Source: Candidatus Bathyarchaeota archaeon (GTDB lineage: Archaea; Thermoproteota; Bathyarchaeia; Bathyarchaeales; Bathycorpusculaceae). Taken from it: 64,000 bases of DNA. Location of the stretch: assembly GCA_963826715.1 (NCBI GenBank), contig CAWGYA010000008.1:672001-736000 (forward strand). The letters run 5' to 3'. Positions within the stretch are counted from its first letter, which is position 1, and each line of letters begins with the position of its first letter. The notes below the pieces were generated by a model, which searched no databases, was not told the DNA's origin, and saw nothing but the letters and a program-made list of their open reading frames with translations. Shown in pieces: positions 9,797-19,963 of the stretch. The translations under genes were made by a program, and so were the position numbers.

Positions 9797-10228
9797 TTAC
9801 TTTATGCGTGACTTTATTGTTGCCGCTGGAATGTTAGACACTGTTTTGTATTTGAGGTTGTTTGATGTACCAGTGCGCATCAACAAGCCCTTTGTAGTCA
9901 TTCTTGAAAGGTACGTGGATATTGTACTTAGGCTAACGGGTTCTTTGAGTTCCTGTTCATAAATTGATTGAATATCTTTGGAGGAGAACCAGATTAGGGG
10001 AAAGTTTTTCTGGATAACTAATTGTACCTTTTCAAAACGAGAAAGATTCCGGTTGGATATTGTAGGGCTCGAAGAGACATTGGGACTTTCAGTCGGCGCG
10101 CTACCTAGCAATTCGACAAGATCCAGTAGGCGCAGAGCTTTATCGCGGGTAACTTGACCTTCAAAAGCAATAGTATAACGATTACCATCACTATCGAACA
10201 GCTCAACGCGCATTTTGCGAGCCGGCAT
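9797..10228 (-). CDS. Two-domain protein with a C-terminal winged helix
   Basis: Small N-terminal beta/alpha domain, Ser/Pro linker, then FSSKDIQSIYEQ...VSLSTISTYLSRMTTKGLLMR wHTH. Confidence 0.8.
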   Translation of the reverse strand: MPARKMRVELFDSDGNRYTIAFEGQVTRDKALRLLDLVELLGSAPTESPNVSSSPTISNRNLSRFEKVQLVIQKNFPLIWFSSKDIQSIYEQELKEPVSLSTISTYLSRMTTKGLLMRTGTSNNLKYKTVSNIPAATIKSRIK

Positions 10229-10247
10229 CTAATTTACACCTAGGTTG

Positions 10248-10547
10248 TTCACAAAATCTACACTTCACGGCATATAACTGTGATGGTGAACAAAGAGAAA
10301 TAGACGGGGTTATTTTAGGCTTTGAATTTATTTTTATCCATATTTTAGACTTTTTACAGGATAACAAGCTTCACATGTTAACAGAACTACAAAATGATTT
10401 CAGTTCAAGCTTAGTTCGCTTTTTCCAGTAGAAGCAGAGGGGTGGCTGCTTCACAGTAAAGAGACAGAATTAGAGTAAATTAACAAAAAACAAGTCTTTT
10501 AAAGCAACAGTTTTTTGGTATTTAATATGGATTCACAAATCTGTGAA
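10248..10547. repeat. Cluster C of TTCACA/TGTGAA motifs
   Basis: TTCACA 10248, 10370 and 10450; TTCACG 10264; GGTGAAC 10285; inverted pair TTCACA-AATC-TGTGAA 10532-10547. Confidence 0.65.
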
Positions 10548-11011
10548 CGGTAAAGATGAAAAAAATCAACTAAAAAATATTTTTAGCAGCCAGGATCAGG
10601 TGATTAGTATGTCATGACTAATTTACTACCTGTTATTGTGTTTTTAGCTATTTTTTATTGGTTTTTGAAGCTAAACGCACACCCCTATGTTTCCGCTCGA
10701 AGTTTTACGGGTAAAAAAGAAGTTTGGCAAGGCTGAAAAAAAATTCGCATAAGTTTTGTTTAGGATTTTAGACAGATATCATTAATATATAAAAATCCTA
10801 TTAGAACTTAGAGTATAGTTCTATATATATATATAATAATAATAATAATATGAATTTTAAAATAACTCACTGATTTTTTCCAATAGAAACATTGGGGTGT
10901 GTGTTCTTCCCTTTTTGTTTAATTGTTATAGCCTTTAACCATCCTTTTGTAGGAATATGTTGTGCCAAAACCAGTTTTTTGTACTGATTCATTTATCTGT
11001 TCCACTCGAAG
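10423..11011. other. Replication origin (oriC) with ORB elements and an AT-rich unwinding region
   Basis: ORB-like boxes: TTCCAGTAGAAGCAGAGGGG 10423 (+), 10674-10702 (-; TTCGAGCGGAAACATAGGGGTGTG), TTCCAATAGAAACATTGGGGTGTG 10878 (+), mini-ORB GTTCCACTCGAAG 10999. (TA)n/(TAA)n tract at 10822-10851. Directly upstream of cdc6. Confidence 0.88.
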
Positions 11012-11048
11012 TAACGGTTCTACCTGTGTAACAGATAGCGTGGACAAC

Positions 11049-12284
11049 ATGGGAAATTCAAGCATATTAGATGACGTATTTGATAATTTCGTTAACGGGA
11101 CAAAACTTTTCAAAGATCGAGAAGTTCTACGTCATGACTACTTACCTGATAAACTACCCCATAGAGAAGATCAAATTCGCCTTTTAGGTGCTACTGTGGC
11201 TCCCGTGCTAAAAAATGCTCGATGCTCAAACATCTTCATTTATGGTAAAACTGGGACCGGGAAAACTGCCGTTGCAAAATATGTTCTCAGTCATTTAGAG
11301 TCAAAAGCTAAAGAATACGGTGCACAAATCAAATTTTGTTATATTAATTGCCGCATGACAGGTTCAGAATATCGTGTTTTTGCTAATCTTAGCCAAAGCT
11401 TAGGCTTAACAATTCCATTTACTGGGCTCTCTGTTGGAGAAGTTTTTGACAGATTTCGCTCAGGTCTTGATCAATCCAGAATAATATTCATTATTGTTCT
11501 CGATGAGGTGGATGCCCTAATTAAGGATCGTGGCGACGCCTTCATGTACGAACTTACTCGAATAAATGAAACACTGAGTAAAAGTAAGGTTTCTATAATC
11601 GGCATATCAAATGATTTACGCCTTAAAGAATTTCTTGATCCAAGAGTATTCAGTTCGCTTAGTGAAGAAGAATTAGTTTTTCGACCTTATGATGCAGCGG
11701 AACTTCGTAACATATTACTTGAACGTTCAAAGTTAGCTTTCCAAGATAACGTTTTATCAGATTCTGCTCTGAGTATTTCATCTGCTTTAGCTGCAGCGGA
11801 ACATGGTGATGCACGACGTGCTCTGGATTTGCTGCGTGTAGCAGGTGAAGTAGCGGAGCGCGAGAATGCAAAATCTGTTACTGAGGAGCATGTTCGGCAA
11901 GCCGAAAAGCACATTGAGCATAATCGGGTTGTTGAAGCCCTCAACAATCTTACCCTTCATTCCAAATTGGTGCTACTCAGTGTCTATCACTTAAACAAGT
12001 CAAATTCAACCACAGGTGAAATCTATGATGTTTATAATGAACTCTGTTGTGAGATGGGTTCGGGACTGCTAACTCAGCGACGCTTGGGCACATTGGTGAA
12101 TGAGCTTGATTCAATGGGACTTGTCAACGCCAAAGTGGTAAGTATGGGTAGATACGGCAGAACTAAAAAAATCCGTCTTGAAATCTCCAGAGGCTTAATC
12201 CGTGATGTTTTTGGTGGTGATGCCCGTTTCAGTCAAATCATTAGCTATAAGACTAAGGGTATGCATAAACCCATTGATAGCTAA
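11049..12284 (+). CDS. cdc6: Orc1/Cdc6 replication initiator
   Basis: LRHDYLPDKLPHRE, Walker A GKTGTGKT, Walker B VLDEVD, GDARRALDLLR and C-terminal wHTH with GRYGRTK. The ORF is open from 10962, but that extension overlaps an ORB. Confidence 0.97.
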   Translation: MGNSSILDDVFDNFVNGTKLFKDREVLRHDYLPDKLPHREDQIRLLGATVAPVLKNARCSNIFIYGKTGTGKTAVAKYVLSHLESKAKEYGAQIKFCYINCRMTGSEYRVFANLSQSLGLTIPFTGLSVGEVFDRFRSGLDQSRIIFIIVLDEVDALIKDRGDAFMYELTRINETLSKSKVSIIGISNDLRLKEFLDPRVFSSLSEEELVFRPYDAAELRNILLERSKLAFQDNVLSDSALSISSALAAAEHGDARRALDLLRVAGEVAERENAKSVTEEHVRQAEKHIEHNRVVEALNNLTLHSKLVLLSVYHLNKSNSTTGEIYDVYNELCCEMGSGLLTQRRLGTLVNELDSMGLVNAKVVSMGRYGRTKKIRLEISRGLIRDVFGGDARFSQIISYKTKGMHKPIDS

Positions 12285-12285
12285 T

Positions 12286-13866
12286 TTAAAGAAAAGAAAG
12301 CACAGTTGTCTCCAATGTTTGAAGATTCACCACCGGCACCTTGCCTGGTGTTGGGACTAGCCCTAGCTTTTCCATATAGTCAGTTTGTTCTTGCCACCCA
12401 CCTGAATTAACAACTAACACTCCTCGGTAATTACAAAAGCCTAAAACGTGGATGTGCCCTGCGTGGAAGATGTCCGGAACTTTGTCGACAACTAGGAAAT
12501 CTCGATTTTCTGGTGAAAGCATTGTTTTTCCACCATAGACAGGAGCAAGGTGCCGACCTTGCAAAAGCAGTTTCATTGATTTTTCAGGGTGGTCATTATC
12601 CATTCCCGGAACAACTCCGATTATATCATTTAGGCTTACGCCATGAAACATCAAAACCTCAACTCCATGTATACTGAGGTAGCATGGACTGCCGACAGAA
12701 TGAATGTTATTTTTCCCTTTAATTCCATTTAGATAGCCCTCAGGAATAGCGGGTTGAGGCTGGGATTTACGTGCGGCATCATGATTGCCTGGAGAAATTA
12801 CAATTTCAATATAGTCAGGAATTTTACTAAGGTATTTTGCGGCAAAATTATACTGTTTGTGGATATTGCGGATGGTTAGCTCTTTCTGTTGATCAGGATA
12901 GATACCGATACCATCCACGATGTCCCCTGCAACTAATACGTATTTTACTCTACCAGCGATTTCCTGCATGGACGGTGAGCCGTATTTCCCTCGAAGCCAT
13001 TGTATAAAGTTTTTAAAAGCCTTTTTGTTAAATTTAGTGCTTCCCACATGAATGTCTGATGTTAAAACTGCGTAAATGGGCTCATTTGCTCGATTTGGTG
13101 GTTTTCTGCCTACTTCTGGAAGAATTATATCCTCTGCCATTAATAGGTCGGAGCGAGTTTTAATAACGGCTGCACAGAAAATCGTGTCGGGCAAAATCAT
13201 AAGTGCCTTCTTCTTTACTTCTTCTGGTGCCTTCTGCGGAACCATAATAGTTGCATTTCCTTGAAGATCCTCTACAGAGAGAATAATATTGTTTTTTGCA
13301 TCACGCTTCTCAGTTAGCATGCAGATGATTTTGAGCTTGGTTTTGGGCTGAGATTTTAGTGCTTCCGCAATAGGTGTGGCGGCTCTAACATCCATTCTTT
13401 GGCGAAGCACTCTTTCTATGCGTTTAAAACGGTCTTGGAAGTAGCTGCTATATTCGTTGAGGGTCCCGTTGGAGGTCAATTCTCCCGTATGGTCTTGGAG
13501 GATGACTAGTTCTGAGGGAATGTATTTGGCGTAAGGATAAAACTCGTTTGCATCTTCGCCTTGTATTGTTATTGCAGGCTTGGGGGCCCTTGGTGTTTCC
13601 GTTGTGGGGTAGCTTACTTGAGGAAGTTCAACTATAACTTCAGGGATTGTCGTTGTCTGCTGCATAATCGCTTCCAAAAAGCTACGTTCGATAAACATGG
13701 GTTTTTCCTGCAGTGCCTCTAATCTCTGCAAAGCCATGTTCATTATCAAGGCGGGGTCGTGTTGTGAGTTTTGGATGAGAAACTCGAAAGCTTCACTATT
13801 CAACTGATAACCTGCAGCAATAGTAGCCTCGATTGCATTTTGGAGTTTCTCTTCTACACTTATCAC
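12286..13866 (-). CDS. polB: DNA polymerase D small subunit DP1 (proofreading exonuclease)
   Basis: OB fold plus calcineurin-like motifs SDIHVGS, AGDIVDG, PGNHD, HG and AGHIH. Confidence 0.97.
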   Translation of the reverse strand: MISVEEKLQNAIEATIAAGYQLNSEAFEFLIQNSQHDPALIMNMALQRLEALQEKPMFIERSFLEAIMQQTTTIPEVIVELPQVSYPTTETPRAPKPAITIQGEDANEFYPYAKYIPSELVILQDHTGELTSNGTLNEYSSYFQDRFKRIERVLRQRMDVRAATPIAEALKSQPKTKLKIICMLTEKRDAKNNIILSVEDLQGNATIMVPQKAPEEVKKKALMILPDTIFCAAVIKTRSDLLMAEDIILPEVGRKPPNRANEPIYAVLTSDIHVGSTKFNKKAFKNFIQWLRGKYGSPSMQEIAGRVKYVLVAGDIVDGIGIYPDQQKELTIRNIHKQYNFAAKYLSKIPDYIEIVISPGNHDAARKSQPQPAIPEGYLNGIKGKNNIHSVGSPCYLSIHGVEVLMFHGVSLNDIIGVVPGMDNDHPEKSMKLLLQGRHLAPVYGGKTMLSPENRDFLVVDKVPDIFHAGHIHVLGFCNYRGVLVVNSGGWQEQTDYMEKLGLVPTPGKVPVVNLQTLETTVLSFL

Positions 13867-14088
13867 TTTTTAGACCTTTATTCCCTTTTTTTATACCGTG
13901 TATTTGTTAGGCTCTATGGCTTTTGGGTTATTTACTGTTTTTTGTTTTTATAGTTCCCCCTGATTAAAACTCTTTTTCAAACTTTTAACCCATAGCTTGA
14001 AAAATAGTTCTTTGATTGATAATGACGGGGTTTAAGCAATTTATATAAGCTGTGTAATGTTTAGATTTGTTATATCTTGGTGTGCTTT

Positions 14089-15060
14089 ATGGGTGATTTG
14101 CGTAAAATTCAACAGACGCCAACCGGAACCTTCTTTGTTTGTTTACCTCGCGAATGGGCGAGAGAGAATGGTCTGCAGAAGGGAATCTTGGTTGATCTAG
14201 ATGTAACTGCTGACGGCAAACTTTTGGTTGACTCCAAATACGATGTTGAACAGCTGCCCAAAGTGGCATCGCTTAAGGTTGGACCATTTTTGAACCGCGA
14301 AATTGTTGGACGGTATCTATTAGGATATGATGTTATTCGTGTTGAAGCCAAGGATCGTATTGACTCAAGCGTGCGAACCTTGATTAAATCAACGGCTAAC
14401 TCTTTGGCGGGCTTGATGATTGTTGAGGAAACAACCTCTATGATGTCGCTTCAGTGTCTTATGCAGCAACCTTTCACGTCACCCGAGAAGATTTTGCAGC
14501 GCAATAATGCAAGCGCAGCGAGGATGATTCGTGATGCAGCAAACTCATTTGTTAACTTAGACATGGATCTTGCTAAAAATGTGATTGAGCGGGATGTTGA
14601 GAACAACAAGTTTTATTTTTTACTTGTCAGAATTTTGAGAACCATTATCCAAAATCCTCGGCTAAGCGAAAAACTTGCCATATCTCCCATTGAATGTCTT
14701 GATTATCGTTTAGCTTCAAGCCTTATTGAAGGCATAGGAGATGCATGTGTGCAGATGGCATCGACTACCTTGGCACTCAACGGAACCAAACTTTCGGAGG
14801 ACCTACGCAAACTGTTGCTGGATTTGCAGTTAACCTGTTGCGAAGCAAATGAGCAAGCCTTCAAAGCATTCCTTGGTAAAGACATTTCACTAGCTGAAAA
14901 TGTTCGAAGCTTGAAAGCTAAAATCGAGGTTAACTCGTCTAAAATCGAATCTGTAGCAAAGGACTCCTCGGTGGATTTAATGCCGCAGATTCTTTCAGCA
15001 GTGTCCTTTTTACGGCAGATTTACGAACGCAGCGTTGATATGGCAGATTTAGTTGTTTAG
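14089..15060 (+). CDS. PhoU-family phosphate uptake regulator with N-terminal AbrB domain
   Basis: RKIQQTPTGTFFVCLPREWA AbrB motif, YLLGYDVIRV and two PhoU helical repeats. Confidence 0.88.
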   Translation: MGDLRKIQQTPTGTFFVCLPREWARENGLQKGILVDLDVTADGKLLVDSKYDVEQLPKVASLKVGPFLNREIVGRYLLGYDVIRVEAKDRIDSSVRTLIKSTANSLAGLMIVEETTSMMSLQCLMQQPFTSPEKILQRNNASAARMIRDAANSFVNLDMDLAKNVIERDVENNKFYFLLVRILRTIIQNPRLSEKLAISPIECLDYRLASSLIEGIGDACVQMASTTLALNGTKLSEDLRKLLLDLQLTCCEANEQAFKAFLGKDISLAENVRSLKAKIEVNSSKIESVAKDSSVDLMPQILSAVSFLRQIYERSVDMADLVV

Positions 15061-15175
15061 GTTTCTTAAATAATCGTATTGATGTGTTGGCTCAGAAATT
15101 TAAAGTGCAGTAGTATGTTGGTTCACTATTGCTAAAGGGTTAAATCTACAGGTCACTATTCACAATGAGATATCT

Positions 15176-15799
15176 ATGTCCTCAGTTACTGATAAAATCG
15201 CTAATGCTCTCTTTATCTCTGAGTGCCTGCGGTTTGACAGCTTCAAAATCAAGTCAGGAGCGACCAGCCCCTACTACATCGATTTAGCGCGTGTTCTTTC
15301 GGCACCAATGCAGATGGATGCTATAGCAGAGTCTGCGGCAGAGAAAATACGGCAAATCCAAGAAGGAGAATGCATAAACAAGTTAGCGTCAATCGAGCTT
15401 AAAGGCGCTTTAATTGTCCCCAGCATAGCTCTGAAGCTCAACATGCCTTGCATAATTGTTCGAAAAGAAGCGAAAGCGTATGGTATTACGGGTCGAATTG
15501 CTGGCGCTGATGTTAACAAAGGTGATAACATTCTTTTTTTTGACGATGTTATCAGCGAAGGCTTATCAAAGGTCGAAGGAATTAAAACACTTTTGGATTT
15601 AGGGGCAAACGTGAAGCATATTTTAGTTGTAGTTAATCGCGAACACGGTGGCAAAGAGCATCTAGAAAAACTCGGCTACCGTGTTCATGCTTTAGCTAAA
15701 ATCTCCGACGTAGTTACGTCGCTATCCGACAGAGGTTATATTTCAAAGGAGCAGGCTGCTAGAGTCTTAGATTATATCGTACAGTTCAAACTCGAATAA
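15176..15799 (+). CDS. pyrE: Orotate phosphoribosyltransferase
   Basis: KSGATSPYYIDL, IVRKEAKAYG and PRPP-binding FFDDVISEG. Confidence 0.88.
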   Translation: MSSVTDKIANALFISECLRFDSFKIKSGATSPYYIDLARVLSAPMQMDAIAESAAEKIRQIQEGECINKLASIELKGALIVPSIALKLNMPCIIVRKEAKAYGITGRIAGADVNKGDNILFFDDVISEGLSKVEGIKTLLDLGANVKHILVVVNREHGGKEHLEKLGYRVHALAKISDVVTSLSDRGYISKEQAARVLDYIVQFKLE

Positions 15800-15977
15800 T
15801 GTATACTTCTATTGATCAATGGTGTGTTACCTTGTGGGTATTTAGCTTTCCTAAAAGGGGCCTTATCAAGATACGTAATTAGGCAATTCATTGACTAACC
15901 TATAACCTATCTACAAAAGCAATCCATATTCTTTATTGCTTACTCGCCCCAAGAATAGCTGCAAGGAAGTTACAAAA

Positions 15978-16982
15978 ATGCCCAGCGAAATCGTTCAAGC
16001 ACTTCTTAACCCAGAAACTTACCCCGAAGAATCAGGCGAAATTCAACTTATACAAACCCATATCTCGTTTGTTTTTGTAACCAAAAATTACGTCTACAAA
16101 GTCAAAAAGTCAGTAAACTTTGGTTTTCTAGATTTCTCCACACTCGAAAAAAGGCATGTCTTCTGCGATAAAGAACTCCAACTAAACAGGCGGCTTTGTC
16201 CAGAAATCTACTTATCCGTAGTTCCCATAAACAAAGTTGACGCTATCATAAAGATAGATGGTGTGGGCGAAACAATCGAGTACGCAGTTAAAATGAAGAG
16301 ACTGCCCCAAGAATGCATAATGACCACCCTTCTGCAAGAGAGCAAAGTGGGTAAGAAAACCATAGATGAAATCGCATCTATAGTCGCCAAATTCCACGAA
16401 AAGGCTCAAACCAACAAAACCATTAGCAACTTTGGCTCCCTTGACATTGTGAAAGCCAATTGGAATGAAAACTTTTCTCAGACCCAAAAATACATAGGAC
16501 AAACCATAACCAAAGCCCACTTTGAATTCATCAAGAATAAAATAGATCACTTCATAACTCAAAACAAACCTCTTTTTGAAGAGCGCATCACTCACGGATG
16601 CATCCGTGACTGCCATGGTGACTTACACTCGGGGAACATTTTTGTAACAGACAAAATATGCATTTTTGATGCCATCGAATTCAATGATCGCTTCCGATAC
16701 AGCGACGTAGCCGCAGATGTAGCGTTTTTAGCTATGGATCTCGACTACCAAAACCAAAGGGACTTGGCCAACTACTTCATTTCGCAATACCTTGCTTACT
16801 CCAAGGATACTAAACTAAAACGGGTTTTATCCTTCTATAAGTGCTATCGTGCTTATGTGCGGGGAAAAGTGGTTAGTTTCCGACTTGACGATTCAAACAT
16901 AAAAGCGGAGGAAAAATCTGTCGCAACTAAGGAAGCCTCAGCATATCTACAGCTATCCTTTGAGTACGCTGTAACTCTTTGA
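15978..16982 (+). CDS. Aminoglycoside-phosphotransferase-like kinase (COG2187-type domain)
   Basis: QTHISFVF, YKVKK, ELQLNRRL, DCHGDLHSGNI, FDAIEFNDRFRYSDVAADVAFLAMDL, YRAYVRGKV. Confidence 0.88.
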   Translation: MPSEIVQALLNPETYPEESGEIQLIQTHISFVFVTKNYVYKVKKSVNFGFLDFSTLEKRHVFCDKELQLNRRLCPEIYLSVVPINKVDAIIKIDGVGETIEYAVKMKRLPQECIMTTLLQESKVGKKTIDEIASIVAKFHEKAQTNKTISNFGSLDIVKANWNENFSQTQKYIGQTITKAHFEFIKNKIDHFITQNKPLFEERITHGCIRDCHGDLHSGNIFVTDKICIFDAIEFNDRFRYSDVAADVAFLAMDLDYQNQRDLANYFISQYLAYSKDTKLKRVLSFYKCYRAYVRGKVVSFRLDDSNIKAEEKSVATKEASAYLQLSFEYAVTL

Positions 16983-16986
16983 TCTC

Positions 16987-17856
16987 TCATTTTTTGAATT
17001 GGTCTGCTACCCAAACAGGCACTGCAACTGTGCCCATTATGATGGGTTTCTGGTGGCAGTCGCTCCCCCCAGTCAAAATCAAACCTTGTTCTTTGGCGAA
17101 CGTGCTATATTGGTTGGTGGTTTCTGCAGTGAGGCGACTATGCCAGCATTCTAATCCATCAATATAGGGTAATATGCAATTTTGGATTATCTCCGTTTGC
17201 TCGGTTATATTTTTAGTTAGGGCAACAAGGGATGTGCCGTGAGGATCATTGCCATGTGCAAATACCAGTAAACCGCCTGCGTTTCTGATAAGTTTTGAGG
17301 CTTCCTTGAGATAGAGTGGGTATTTGGGTACGTCACATTTTACAAGATATTTGTCAAAAGCTTCTTGTCGGCTAGTCACGATTTTCTTCTTGATAAGGTA
17401 GTCCGCGATGTGTGGTCTACCCAAAGTACCCTCAATAGATTCCTCGATTTGCCGAAAATCATTATTAGTTAGGGGTGGAATGTTTTCTTTTTGGAATTCC
17501 TTGTTGAGATTCCCCAGGATTTTTGCTGCCCGTTCCTGTCGGTAATTCGCGATAGTTGATAGCTTTTTTTGAAGCCCCTCGTTATCTTGATTATATTGGT
17601 ATCCTAGAAAATCTAGCGAAACGGCTTTGCCCTCTCGATATTTGGGATGAGTGAAAGTGACGTTTAATTCCACGCCTGTGATGTATCGGATGCCAGTTGC
17701 CTTTGCCTGTTCGATAGCTGTAGATTGGCAGTTAATATTGTCATGGTCGGTTATTGCTAAAAAGTTGATGTTTCGGGTCTTGGCTTCTAACATGATTTCT
17801 TTGACGGTGAATTTTCCGTCGGAGGCTGAGGAATGGATATGCAAGTCAATAGTCAT
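16987..17856 (-). CDS. PHP-domain phosphoesterase (TrpH/YciV-like)
   Basis: DLHIHSSASDG, AITDHD, GVEL, GRPHIA and TGGSDCH. Confidence 0.92.
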   Translation of the reverse strand: MTIDLHIHSSASDGKFTVKEIMLEAKTRNINFLAITDHDNINCQSTAIEQAKATGIRYITGVELNVTFTHPKYREGKAVSLDFLGYQYNQDNEGLQKKLSTIANYRQERAAKILGNLNKEFQKENIPPLTNNDFRQIEESIEGTLGRPHIADYLIKKKIVTSRQEAFDKYLVKCDVPKYPLYLKEASKLIRNAGGLLVFAHGNDPHGTSLVALTKNITEQTEIIQNCILPYIDGLECWHSRLTAETTNQYSTFAKEQGLILTGGSDCHQKPIIMGTVAVPVWVADQFKK

Positions 17857-17868
17857 GTGTTTTGTCTA

Positions 17869-18480
17869 TTACCTCTCCATTTCGCCTACTATTTGCCATT
17901 GGTCTTTTTTGTCGTGACAGGTATCAACTATTAGCTGGATGATTTTCAGTGCAGGATATTTCTCTTTGAGGGCGTCTATATTTACGGGTTCAAATTTGTT
18001 TTTATTGGCTAAGTAGGCTTCAGGTGTAAGGGCGTTGGATTCGTATTTTTCTTTGGTTCGCCTACTTATTCTTGTTAGGGACACTTCTTGTGGGCAACTC
18101 GTTTCCAAAATAACAAAGGTCATGTTGTTTTTTGCAGCAATCTCAGCTGCTCTAATACGGAGATCATGGGTGACGAAGGTTGCATCCAGAATCATGCTGC
18201 CTTGCTTGTCCTTAGAAGCTAACTCGTCTGCGCGTTTGAAAAGTTCATCATAAACTGATAAGCGCTTGTTCATGTTCCCCGCGACTTTTGTGTCGAAAAT
18301 ATCCTCATTCTTAAGTACTTCCCGTCGAATTAAGTCGCTACGGAGTATGGGGTAGCCCTTGATTTTGGCAATTTCCTCTGAGGTTTCGGTTTTGTAGCTT
18401 GCAGGTAACCCGCAGGTTATCAAAAGTGTTCTGGACCCAAGTTTTGCTTTAATATATTCCCCAAAAGGTTCCTTCATCAT
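17869..18480 (-). CDS. AAA_33/COG0645-type P-loop kinase-like protein with an atypical Walker A
   Basis: CGLPASYKT, LRSDLIRREV and ILDATF. Confidence 0.8.
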   Translation of the reverse strand: MMKEPFGEYIKAKLGSRTLLITCGLPASYKTETSEEIAKIKGYPILRSDLIRREVLKNEDIFDTKVAGNMNKRLSVYDELFKRADELASKDKQGSMILDATFVTHDLRIRAAEIAAKNNMTFVILETSCPQEVSLTRISRRTKEKYESNALTPEAYLANKNKFEPVNIDALKEKYPALKIIQLIVDTCHDKKDQWQIVGEMER

Positions 18481-18629
18481 CGTACACCCTGATTGCAGTT
18501 AGTTTTGATGTAGAAGGACTTAAACTTTTCCAGCATTATGCCTCTAGCCCTACCTTACACCTGATGAAATGTAGGTAAATTCTAAATAAGGAGTAGCGCA
18601 CACAATCTCGTAAAAGAAGGAACTGGTCC

Positions 18630-19886
18630 ATGGAAGAATTCCAAATTAAAGATAAAAGTCTCGCGCCGCAAGGTCATTTACAGATTGAATGGGCAGCCAA
18701 ACATATGCCTGTTCTAAATATAATTAAAACACGATTTGAGACAGAAAAACCGCTCAAGGGTCAAACTATAGCCGCATGCCTCCACGTTACCAAAGAAACC
18801 GCAGTTCTCATTAACGTGCTTATTGCAGGAGGTGCCAACGTGGCACTTTGTGGCTCAAATCCTCTTTCAACCCAAGATGATGTGGCAGCCGCTTTATCAG
18901 ACAGTGGTGTGCATGTTTTCGCTTGGAGAGGTCAGAATACCGAGGATTACTATACATGTATCGAGAAAGTTCTCGATTTCAAACCTACAATCACCATGGA
19001 CGATGGAGCGGACGTCGTTGGTATGCTTCATAGTAAACGGAAAAACCAAATCCCCGATATCAAAGGCGGAACTGAGGAAACAACAACTGGCGTGGTTCGC
19101 TTAAAAGCTATGGAACAAGATGGGAGCCTTAAATATCCTATCGTATCCGTTAATGATGCCTACACCAAATATCTTTTCGACAATCGGTATGGCACGGGAC
19201 AGAGCACCATGGATGGTATCTTACGTGCTACCTCCGTCTTAATTGCAGGCAAAAACTTTGTGGTTGGTGGATACGGTTGGTGTAGCCGCGGCATAGCCAT
19301 GCGCGCCCAAGGCATGGGTGCAAACGTAATAGTTACCGAAGTGCAACCTATCCGCGCATTGGAAGCAGTTATGAATGGTTTGCGGGTTATGCCCATGTCT
19401 GAAGCAGCGTCTATAGGTGATATCTTCGTTACAGCTACGGGAGACATTAATGTCATTCGTAAAGAGCACATGCAGAAGATGAAAGATGGCGCCATTATAT
19501 GCAACAGCGGTCACTTTAACGTAGAAATCAGTATAACCGACCTAGAGGCGCTCTCTAAATCCAAACGAATGATGCGACCCAATATGGAAGAATATACTCT
19601 CAAAGATGGTAGACACTTATATTTGCTTGCGGAGGGTCGGCTTGTCAACTTATCTGCCGCAGAAGGGCACCCCTCGGAAGTGATGGACATGTCTTTTGCA
19701 AACCAAGCGTTATGTGCTGAATTCGTTGCTAAATCCAGCAAGTTGGATACTAAAGTTTACGTAGTGCCAAAAGAAATCGATGAGAGAGTCGCGGAGCTTA
19801 AGTTATTGGCTATGGGTATTAAAATCGACGAATTAACTGATGAGCAGAAAAAGTACCTTTCAACTTGGGAAATGGGAACAACCTAA
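18630..19886 (+). CDS. ahcY: Adenosylhomocysteinase
   Basis: [38 protein letters not shown] and [11 protein letters not shown]. Confidence 0.98.
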   Translation: MEEFQIKDKSLAPQGHLQIEWAAKHMPVLNIIKTRFETEKPLKGQTIAACLHVTKETAVLINVLIAGGANVALCGSNPLSTQDDVAAALSDSGVHVFAWRGQNTEDYYTCIEKVLDFKPTITMDDGADVVGMLHSKRKNQIPDIKGGTEETTTGVVRLKAMEQDGSLKYPIVSVNDAYTKYLFDNRYGTGQSTMDGILRATSVLIAGKNFVVGGYGWCSRGIAMRAQGMGANVIVTEVQPIRALEAVMNGLRVMPMSEAASIGDIFVTATGDINVIRKEHMQKMKDGAIICNSGHFNVEISITDLEALSKSKRMMRPNMEEYTLKDGRHLYLLAEGRLVNLSAAEGHPSEVMDMSFANQALCAEFVAKSSKLDTKVYVVPKEIDERVAELKLLAMGIKIDELTDEQKKYLSTWEMGTT

Positions 19887-19963
19887 TAAGTCGAGTCATA
19901 AAAACATGACAAACTTTAAATTGATTAGTCGAATACATGGCTACTAAAGTGGTGAATCACTAA

